Positions 56,687 through 64,000 of a stretch of 64,000 bases of DNA are shown here, in pieces (position 1 is the stretch's first letter; the number at the start of each line of letters is the position of its first letter). Origin of the DNA: an uncultured Clostridia bacterium (lineage in GTDB: Bacteria; Bacillota; Clostridia; TANB77; CAG-508). The DNA is taken from positions 9,332-73,331 of the forward strand of contig CALXVH010000004.1 in assembly GCA_944391965.1 (NCBI GenBank), written 5' to 3'. The translations under genes and the position numbers were made by a program. The notes beneath the pieces are model-generated. The model had not been told where the DNA came from. It searched no databases and saw only the letters and a list, made by a program, of their open reading frames with translations.

Positions 56687-56722
56687 ATCGCATCCCTCCT
56701 ATATACAAATTATAGCATATAG

Positions 56723-56753
56723 TGTCGATATTTTTTGTCGAAACTTGTCGGCA
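56723..56753. promoter_or_regulatory. three direct TGTCG(A/G) repeats (TGTCGAT, TGTCGAA, TGTCGGC) resembling Spo0A 0A boxes upstream of spo0E-like gene
   Basis: Directly visible, spaced about 10-14 bp; TGTCGAA is the canonical 0A box. Confidence 0.3.
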
Positions 56754-56786
56754 AATTAAATTTTTTTTATTTTTTTCATTTATAGA

Positions 56787-58250
56787 TTAATTTTTTTCAA
56801 ATAATGATATTATAAATGTATCTCCACTAAATGGATGATAGTATGTTTCTTTATCTTTTATGACTGTAGTTCCGTCCATTTCATTTATATAATCATACAT
56901 ATTAGTATCTCCTGCATCTATTACCCAAATTCTACCTGTGTAATTTTCTATCTCATCTAAATTATTTACAACCTTCATTTGAGGTGCAAATGCTCCATAT
57001 GCTTTTTCTACAGTCCAATTATCTTTATTATAAAAATATTGTTTATTTTCGTTAAAGTTTATTGCAACAGAACTACTAGGTCCAATTGTTGTATATATAA
57101 ATATATCTTCAGGCTCAACTTCAGCTTGAATGGCTTCTATTGGCTTACTATTCTCTTCTGAATATGATTTATTCCATAAAGTAACTCCATTCCATATTGT
57201 TAATCCAATTAAACCAAGGATAACTATTATTTTTATTAGTCGACTTTTTTCGACAGATAATATATATGCAAAAGCAAATATAAATAATCCTAGCATTGGT
57301 AACATATATCTTGGTATAAATATAGCTCTTACAAAAGAAATTAATAATGTTACAAGTATTACAAGACCACAAGTTGTTAATGCTATTGTAACTGGTCTAA
57401 TTTTTTTCTTATCTTCTAAATATAATTTATGTACTCTTAATATCATATAAACTACTACAAATAGTCCAAATATAGAAGGTAAACCAGAATTAATACTATC
57501 TAGGAAGAAAAATTCTATAATTTGAGTTATTATGTCTGGGTAATTTACACTAATCCAAAATCCTCCTGCAACCCTTGTTGATTGTAATAAAAATATTACA
57601 ATTCCAGGTAAGTAGCAACCTATTTGTATAGCACCATATATAAACCATCTTTTTAAAAGCTCTTTCTTCTCCCTTACAATAAAGAAAAGTAATAGTATAT
57701 TTATAATTCCTATTGTGAATAATGCAAAATAATGTGTATATGCACTACAAATACTAGCTATAGCAAATATTACCCAATCTTTTTTCTTGTTATTTTTATA
57801 TGCTAAATATGCATATACTGCAGTAATTGTGACAAATAACATACTTAGACTGTACATTCTTATTTGTGAACCATAGTGCATTGTAACAGGTAAAAGCAAT
57901 AATACTAAGTTAAAGTAAAAACTTACTTTAGCCCCAAATTCTTTTCGTATTTTTACAAATGAAAATATTGCTAACAATACAATAGGAATTACTGAAAATA
58001 TCCTTAATGCTATAACACTAGTTCCACAGATTAATGAATATATCTTTAATAATACATAATATAAAATTGGGTGCACATCATTTATTGTTGAAATAAATAA
58101 ATTTCCCCATGGTTGTCTCGCAATCCCCACAGAATAGGCTTCATCAAACCATAAACTGCTATTAAAACATAGTAAAAGAGGGGCTATTGCAATTAATACA
58201 ATAAGCCCTATATTTATTTTATTTAAATGTTTCTCTATAAAATTCTTCAT
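56787..58250 (-). CDS. GT-C family glycosyltransferase (GT39/ArnT/PMT_2-like integral membrane protein)
   Basis: 487 aa; about 11 TM helices, early periplasmic-loop motif LWFDEAYS, soluble C-terminal domain. Confidence 0.7.
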   Translation of the reverse strand: MKNFIEKHLNKINIGLIVLIAIAPLLLCFNSSLWFDEAYSVGIARQPWGNLFISTINDVHPILYYVLLKIYSLICGTSVIALRIFSVIPIVLLAIFSFVKIRKEFGAKVSFYFNLVLLLLPVTMHYGSQIRMYSLSMLFVTITAVYAYLAYKNNKKKDWVIFAIASICSAYTHYFALFTIGIINILLLFFIVREKKELLKRWFIYGAIQIGCYLPGIVIFLLQSTRVAGGFWISVNYPDIITQIIEFFFLDSINSGLPSIFGLFVVVYMILRVHKLYLEDKKKIRPVTIALTTCGLVILVTLLISFVRAIFIPRYMLPMLGLFIFAFAYILSVEKSRLIKIIVILGLIGLTIWNGVTLWNKSYSEENSKPIEAIQAEVEPEDIFIYTTIGPSSSVAINFNENKQYFYNKDNWTVEKAYGAFAPQMKVVNNLDEIENYTGRIWVIDAGDTNMYDYINEMDGTTVIKDKETYYHPFSGDTFIISLFEKN

Positions 58251-58263
58251 TGTCTTCTCCTAT

Positions 58264-59286
58264 CTATTCTACATTAGTCTCTACTTGTATATTAGAACCA
58301 TCACTTGTAACAAGTATATTTCCACTTTCATCTGTTCTGTATACTTTCGCACCTACAGCATTCAATTTATCTATAGTTTCTTGATTAGGTAAATTATATG
58401 AGTTGTCTTTTCCTACTTGTATAATTGCAATAGATGGCATTACTTGATATATAAAGTTTTGTGTAGAAGATGTTTTTGATCCATGATGACCTACTTTTAA
58501 AACATCTGCTGGTTGCCAGCTTCTGGCTTCTTCAACCTCTGCTTCTGCATCACCCATAAATAAGAAACTATTACCGCCATATGTCATTCTAATAACGATA
58601 GAAGACAAATTTAAATTATCTTCTGTATCTTGTGTATCTAGTGCCATTATAGTACATTTTGCATCTATTAAATTAAATGTATCTCCAACAGCCGGTGTTG
58701 TAACTTGTAAATTTTTATTTGCAATACTATTTAAAACATCTTCGAATGTTTTTGTCGTAGTTTGCATTTTAGGCATATAAATTGTTCCAATATCAAAATT
58801 GTCTATTACATCATCTAATCCACCAATATGATCTTCATGTGGATGAGTTCCAACCAAATAATCAATTTTAGTAATTCCTTTATCTTTTAAGAAGTTTACT
58901 ACTGTTTCTCCTGCTTCATTTGTTCCTGCATCAATTAGCATTGTCATATCTTTATCTATAACTAAAATACTATCTGCTTGTCCAACATCTAAATAGTAAA
59001 CTCTCAAATTTCCTGCTGTTACTGCTTCATTCTCTATTGTATTTGTATTTTTTATGTCGTTTACTACAATGTCATTTTGGATCTGATTTCCTAATGCATT
59101 TTGTATAAAATTACTATAATCATGTGTCTCCCAATAAGATTTTCCTAATAGTAATAAAACTATTAAAATTATAAGTGAAACTAATCTACTAAGCCATGTC
59201 TTTATCTTATAATATTTAGTTTTTCTTCCTAATTTAGATTTTTCCCAAAGATTAAGATTATCGTTATCTTTCTTCTTTTCTCCCAT
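58264..59286 (-). CDS. ComEC/Rec2-related metallo-beta-lactamase domain protein (membrane-anchored)
   Basis: 340 aa; N-terminal TM, LRVYYLDVGQADS and GTHPHEDHIGG MBL motifs. Confidence 0.75.
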   Translation of the reverse strand: MGEKKKDNDNLNLWEKSKLGRKTKYYKIKTWLSRLVSLIILIVLLLLGKSYWETHDYSNFIQNALGNQIQNDIVVNDIKNTNTIENEAVTAGNLRVYYLDVGQADSILVIDKDMTMLIDAGTNEAGETVVNFLKDKGITKIDYLVGTHPHEDHIGGLDDVIDNFDIGTIYMPKMQTTTKTFEDVLNSIANKNLQVTTPAVGDTFNLIDAKCTIMALDTQDTEDNLNLSSIVIRMTYGGNSFLFMGDAEAEVEEARSWQPADVLKVGHHGSKTSSTQNFIYQVMPSIAIIQVGKDNSYNLPNQETIDKLNAVGAKVYRTDESGNILVTSDGSNIQVETNVE

Positions 59287-59313
59287 AATACTTACTCCAT
59301 TCTTTCTTTTGTT

Positions 59314-59628
59314 TTATTTCCATAACTTATTCATTTTGTCTTTTATTCTATCTTCTACAATTTTTTGCTCTTCCAAATCTATCTCATATTTATTATTATT
59401 AAGTTTTAATATTGTACCTTCTTTTACTTCTTGTGGCAAATCATTTCTATTAACATTAAATATTTCTCCTGTATCTCTATTTTCTAAAACTGCCATGTCT
59501 CCTTCAAATCTATCCACAGTAAATTTATTTTCCATTTCTTCTAATTTATTTGTAAGCTCCCTCTGAAATTCTTCCATATCAATTTCATTTTGCCCCCTAC
59601 TAATATTATTTAATAGGTTTAAATCCAA
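59314..59628 (-). CDS. DUF3006 domain protein
   Basis: 104 aa; FTVDRFEGDMAVLE pattern; usual neighbour of ComEC-like MBL proteins. Confidence 0.6.
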   Translation of the reverse strand: MDLNLLNNISRGQNEIDMEEFQRELTNKLEEMENKFTVDRFEGDMAVLENRDTGEIFNVNRNDLPQEVKEGTILKLNNNKYEIDLEEQKIVEDRIKDKMNKLWK

Positions 59629-59667
59629 ATAAATTTTCCTCCTTTTAAAAATTTTTATAGATAATCA

Positions 59668-61254
59668 TTATTTTCCCTTCATCTGTTCTTTTATATAATT
59701 TACTTCTTCTTCCATATCTAATCTAACAAATAAAGGATCACCTTTTTCTATAACTTTTGTGTTACTAGGTATTTTGTCATATTTGTATAAGCTGTCCCAA
59801 GTTTGCAAATTTTTATTTGTTAATCCTAATTGTTTAAATATACTGTTTGCTGTGTCTTCCATAAATGGACTAATTAATATTGCAACTTTTCTTAAATTTT
59901 CACTTAGATGATACATTACTGATTTTAATTTTTCTTGCTCATCCTCTTCTTTTGCAAGTATCCATGGTGCTGTTTCATCTATATATTTGTTAGTTCTAGA
60001 AATTAAGTTCCAAATTTCTGCTAGAGCATCACATAAATGTAAATTGTCCATTTTTTCTTCTACGATTTTTATTTGAGAAATAGCATATACTTCTAATTCT
60101 TTATCTGGATCATTTACTTGTCCATTATATCCTAATATTTCTCCACCAAAATATTTATTTACCATTCCAATTGTTCTATTTAATAGATTTCCTAAATCAT
60201 TACATAAATCATAATTAAATCTTTCTACAAAACCTTCTGGTGAAAATACAGCATCTTGTCCATATGGAAATTCTCTTAATAAGAAATATTTTGTAGCATC
60301 TAAACCATATCTATCTACTAACATTTCCGGATATACTACATTCCCTTTAGATTTTGACATTTTTCCATCTTTCATTGTTATAAATCCATGTGCATATATT
60401 TTTTTAGGAAGTGGTAAATCTAATGCCATTAAGAAAATTGGCCAATATATTCCATGGAATCTTATTATATCTTTTCCAACAACTTGTAAATCTGCTGGCC
60501 AATATTTTTTAAATAATGTATCATCAGCTGATCCATAACCTAAGGCTGTAATATAGTTTGTTAATGCATCAAGCCATACATAAACAATATGTTTTGGATC
60601 ACTTTTAACTTGAACTCCCCAATCAAATGTAGAACGAGTTACACATAAATCTTCTAAGCCTGGTTTTATGAAATTATTAAATAATTCATTTTTTCTATAT
60701 TCTGGTTCTATAAAATGAGGATTTTCTTCGTAAAATTTGATTAATCTATCAGCATATTTCTTCATATTAAAGAAATATGCTTCTTCTTTCATTTTTCTTA
60801 CCTCTCTACCACAGTCTGGACATTTTCCATCTACTAATTGTGTTTCTGTAAAATATGTTTCACATGGTACACAATACCATCCTTCGTATTTTCCTTTGTA
60901 GATGTCTCCTTGTTTTAAAAGTCTTTCAAATATTTCTTCTACAACTTTTGTATGGCGTTCCTCTGTTGTTCTTATAAAATCGTCATACTCTATATTCATT
61001 TTTTTCCATAGACCTTTAGCATATTCTGCCATTCCATCTACATATTCTTGTGGAGTTTTATTTTGCTCTTGTGCAAGTGTTCCAATCTTTTGACCATGTT
61101 CATCTAGACCTGTTAAAAAATACGTATCATATCCACGTTTTTCTTTATATTTTTTCATTGTATTTGCAAATATCGTTGTATATGTGTTACCAATATGAAA
61201 TTTACCACTTGGGTAATAAATTGGTGTTGTTACGTAATATGTTTTTCTATCCAT
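59668..61254 (-). CDS. metG: methionine--tRNA ligase (short form without C-terminal tRNA-binding domain)
   Basis: 528 aa; HIGN (HIGH) and KMSKS motifs, Zn knuckle CPDCG. Confidence 0.9.
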   Translation of the reverse strand: MDRKTYYVTTPIYYPSGKFHIGNTYTTIFANTMKKYKEKRGYDTYFLTGLDEHGQKIGTLAQEQNKTPQEYVDGMAEYAKGLWKKMNIEYDDFIRTTEERHTKVVEEIFERLLKQGDIYKGKYEGWYCVPCETYFTETQLVDGKCPDCGREVRKMKEEAYFFNMKKYADRLIKFYEENPHFIEPEYRKNELFNNFIKPGLEDLCVTRSTFDWGVQVKSDPKHIVYVWLDALTNYITALGYGSADDTLFKKYWPADLQVVGKDIIRFHGIYWPIFLMALDLPLPKKIYAHGFITMKDGKMSKSKGNVVYPEMLVDRYGLDATKYFLLREFPYGQDAVFSPEGFVERFNYDLCNDLGNLLNRTIGMVNKYFGGEILGYNGQVNDPDKELEVYAISQIKIVEEKMDNLHLCDALAEIWNLISRTNKYIDETAPWILAKEEDEQEKLKSVMYHLSENLRKVAILISPFMEDTANSIFKQLGLTNKNLQTWDSLYKYDKIPSNTKVIEKGDPLFVRLDMEEEVNYIKEQMKGK

Positions 61255-61280
61255 CTACATCATCTTCCTTTTATTTATTT

Positions 61281-62645
61281 TTAGCTTAATCTTTGTTCTA
61301 TTAATTCTGCTATAGATTTAGCTTTTTCTGTTATGTATTCTTGGTCTGTTCCCTCTATCATAACTCTTACTAATGGCTCTGTTCCAGATGCTCTTATTAA
61401 TACTCTACCATTTCCTTCGAATTCTTTTTCTACTGCTTCTATTGTATTTCTAATAACTGCATCTTTATCAAAATCATATTTTTTATCATTAGAAACTTTA
61501 GCACCAACTAGCACTTGAGGATAAATCTTTATTATTTCTTCTAATTTACTTGCTTTTTCTTCTTTTTCTAACATTATAGATATAAACATTAAAGATGTTA
61601 AAATTCCATCTCCTGTAGGATTATAATCTAAGAATATAATATGACCAGATTGTTCTCCTCCTAGGTTATATCCACCTTTTTTCATTTCTTCTAGTACATA
61701 TCTATCTCCTACTTTTGTTCTAATAAAGTTAAGATTATTTTCTTTAGAGTAAATATCTAATCCTAAATTACTCATAACTGTTGCAACTAATGTATCTTTT
61801 TTTAATGTTCCTTTTGCTTTCATATAATTAGAAACTATTGCTAATATTTTATCTCCATCAATTACTTCTCCTTGTTCGTCGACTAATAAACATCTATCTC
61901 CGTCACCATCATAAGCAATTCCTAAATCATATCCATTTTCTACTACATACTTTTGAAGCATTTCTAAGTGTGTTGAACCACAGTCTTTATTAATATTTAT
62001 TCCATTTGGTGTATTATTTATAATTTTATGATTTATTTTTAATTTAGAAAATATTTTTTCTGCTACTTCATATGTTGCACCATTTGCTGTATCTATTACT
62101 ACTTTAAAATCATCTCTATTGTATTTTTCTATAATTTCTTCAAAATTCTTTCTAAAAAAGTAAATATATTCATCTACTAAATCTTCTGCATTTTCTGATA
62201 TTCCTATTTTTTCATTACAAGCTGTAAGTTTTTCTAATTTACCAGAATCCATAACTTCTTCTATTTCTTCTTCTATATCATCTGGTATTTTTGTTCCTTC
62301 ATTACTAAAGTATTTTACCCCATTAAATTCATAAGTATTATGAGATGCAGAAATTACAACACTTGCATCTGCTTTTAATTTTTTTGTTAAATATGCCACT
62401 GCTGGTGTTGGTAAAACTCCTAATTGTTTTACATTAGCTCCATAACTTAAAAATCCTGCTGTCATTGCACTTTCTATTAATGTTCCAGAAATTCTAGTAT
62501 CTCTACCTATTAAAATTGTCGGACTATGATCAGAATGCTTAGCTAAAACGTATGCACCTGCCTTAGCAACTCTGTAAACTAATTCTGGAGTTAATTCTGT
62601 ATTAGCAATTCTTCTAATTCCATCTGTTCCAAAATATTTTCTCAT
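61281..62645 (-). CDS. glmM: phosphoglucosamine mutase
   Basis: 454 aa from MRKYFGTDGIR (ORF track extends to 62762 through the repeat element); SASHNTYEFNG active-site Ser motif. Confidence 0.9.
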   Translation of the reverse strand: MRKYFGTDGIRRIANTELTPELVYRVAKAGAYVLAKHSDHSPTILIGRDTRISGTLIESAMTAGFLSYGANVKQLGVLPTPAVAYLTKKLKADASVVISASHNTYEFNGVKYFSNEGTKIPDDIEEEIEEVMDSGKLEKLTACNEKIGISENAEDLVDEYIYFFRKNFEEIIEKYNRDDFKVVIDTANGATYEVAEKIFSKLKINHKIINNTPNGININKDCGSTHLEMLQKYVVENGYDLGIAYDGDGDRCLLVDEQGEVIDGDKILAIVSNYMKAKGTLKKDTLVATVMSNLGLDIYSKENNLNFIRTKVGDRYVLEEMKKGGYNLGGEQSGHIIFLDYNPTGDGILTSLMFISIMLEKEEKASKLEEIIKIYPQVLVGAKVSNDKKYDFDKDAVIRNTIEAVEKEFEGNGRVLIRASGTEPLVRVMIEGTDQEYITEKAKSIAELIEQRLS

Positions 62646-62660
62646 ATTCTTCTTCCTCTT

Positions 62661-62720
62661 TCTGGGATTTATGGACGTTCCTCGGGATTTAGGGACGTTC
62701 CTAAAATCCCTCTTTATTCT
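62661..62720. repeat. two tandem units of palindromic repeat, F orientation (GGGATTTATGGACGTTCC TCGGGATTTAGGGACGTTCC TAAAATCCCTC)
   Basis: Directly visible between glmM start and argS stop. Confidence 0.8.
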
Positions 62721-62792
62721 ATTTATATTATTACTTAATTTTTTATTAGGGAAAAACAACATTATCCCTAGATTTTTAATACTTTCTAATCC

Positions 62793-64000
62793 CTACATTC
62801 TATCTGGCATTTCCATGCCTAATAATCCTGTACCTATTTTTAGTACATTTCCAACCATATATGTTAAGCAAAGTCTAGTATTTTTTATTTTTTCGTCCTC
62901 AACAATTATTTTGTTATCATTATAAAAACTACTGTACAATTTAGCAACATCAATTAAATAACGTGATATGATTGAAGGTTCATTTTTATCTACTGCTTGT
63001 TTTACAATATCATTAAAACTATAAATTTGTTTTATTAGTTCTATTCCATGTTCTTCTAATTCTGAAATATCAACTAATTCTTTATTCATAGTATAATTTT
63101 CTTTTTCTAATATACTTTTAGTTCTTACATACATATATTGAATATATGGACCTGTTTCCCCTTGGAAATTAAGCATAATATCCCAATCAAAAACTTCATC
63201 CTTAATTATATTATTTGATAAATCATTAAATATTACAGCACCAATACCAACTTTTTTAGCAATATCATCTTTTCCTTCTATATTTGGATTTTTTTCTTCT
63301 ATTATTGCTTTTGCTCTTGTTACTGCTTCTTTTAAGATATCTTCTAATTTTATTAAAGTTCCTTCTCTTGTAGACATCTTACCTGTTTTTAACCTTACCA
63401 TTCCATATGGTACATGGATTAAACCATTTGTATATTTTTCGTCTAAATCAAGAAATTTAGCAACTTCAAATACCTGTTTAAAATGTAAGTTTTGCTCATA
63501 TGCAACTACATAAATACATTTATCAAAATCATATGTTCTTGCTCTGTACAAAATAGCTGCCAAATCACGGGTTGCATATGTAGTTGAACCATTTGATTTA
63601 GTTACCATTAATGGTGGCATGTTTTTATCTTCTAAATCTACTATTTCTGCTCCTTGTGATTCTACTAATTTATTATTCTTCCTTAAAATATCTACTACTT
63701 CTTGCATTTTGTCTGAATAGAAAGATTCTCCGTTGTTTGAATCAAAATGTACATCAAGAATATCATATATTCTTTGAAATTCTTTTAAACTTAAATCTTT
63801 AAATTTCTGCCAAACTTGCGTACAATATTCGTCTCCATCTTCTAATTTTTTGAAATTATTTCTACAGTCATCTAATACTGATTCATCTTCTTTGCAAAGT
63901 TCATTAATCCTTACATAAATTTCTGTAAGTTTATCGATTGGATTTTCTTCTAAATTGTATTCTTTTCCAAATCTTTTATAACCTTCTATTAATTTACCAA
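62793..64000 (-). CDS. argS: arginine--tRNA ligase, C-terminal two-thirds (N-terminus beyond window end)
   Basis: Frame continues upstream of ORF-track Met to window edge (…DVHFDSNNGESFYSDKMQEVVDIL…); DALR anticodon-binding C-terminus. Confidence 0.85.
   Translation of the reverse strand, partial: GKLIEGYKRFGKEYNLEENPIDKLTEIYVRINELCKEDESVLDDCRNNFKKLEDGDEYCTQVWQKFKDLSLKEFQRIYDILDVHFDSNNGESFYSDKMQEVVDILRKNNKLVESQGAEIVDLEDKNMPPLMVTKSNGSTTYATRDLAAILYRARTYDFDKCIYVVAYEQNLHFKQVFEVAKFLDLDEKYTNGLIHVPYGMVRLKTGKMSTREGTLIKLEDILKEAVTRAKAIIEEKNPNIEGKDDIAKKVGIGAVIFNDLSNNIIKDEVFDWDIMLNFQGETGPYIQYMYVRTKSILEKENYTMNKELVDISELEEHGIELIKQIYSFNDIVKQAVDKNEPSIISRYLIDVAKLYSSFYNDNKIIVEDEKIKNTRLCLTYMVGNVLKIGTGLLGMEMPDRM

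Noticed and set aside
62646-62762. N-terminal extension of the glmM ORF in the ORF track
   Set aside because: The extension runs through the tandem palindromic repeat. The conserved GlmM N-terminus MRKYFGTDGIR starts at 62645 with its own SD.

Overview
This 64-kb window is a very AT-rich stretch (GC roughly 26-28% by eye) of what looks like a Clostridia-type Firmicutes chromosome. Almost every gene is on the minus strand. A spo0E-like small gene, several T-box- and Cheo-box-like signals and a SpoVK-type AAA+ ATPase suggest a spore-forming Clostridium-like organism.

Recognisable housekeeping genes include the yicC-remA-gmk-rpoZ-priA-def-fmt cluster, rsmE, tyrS with a T-box leader, metG, glmM, argS (partial), fba, smpB, nfo, a peroxiredoxin and a monofunctional peptidoglycan glycosyltransferase.

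Accessory modules are:
- An Lsa-like ABC-F ATPase next to a Qnr-like pentapeptide-repeat protein.
- A BceRS/BceAB-type two-component system and ABC module, split by three GC-atypical small genes.
- A TetR-regulated heterodimeric ABC exporter whose first gene carries an apparent frameshift.
- A murD-like ligase coupled to a PP-loop ATPase (possibly the MurD2/MurL pathway for adding D-glutamate to peptidoglycan precursors).
- A cluster of GNAT acetyltransferases.
- A Y-family polymerase/YolD cassette with a LexA box.
- An 818-aa SpoVK/CbbX-type AAA+ protein translationally coupled to a small GIY-YIG nuclease.

The most striking non-coding signal is a family of roughly 35-40-bp palindromic repeats (core AGGGATTT-GGGGACGTTCC-n-AAATCCCT, found in both orientations, sometimes tandem) at 9 or more intergenic loci. 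Oppositely oriented copies often bracket single genes or small cassettes. Several isolated higher-GC ORFans with their own GC-rich terminators, a KilA-N gene and two small genes missing from the ORF track (a Spo0E-like gene and a DUF1540 gene) are also present.

No rRNA, tRNA, tmRNA, CRISPR array or intact transposase was found.
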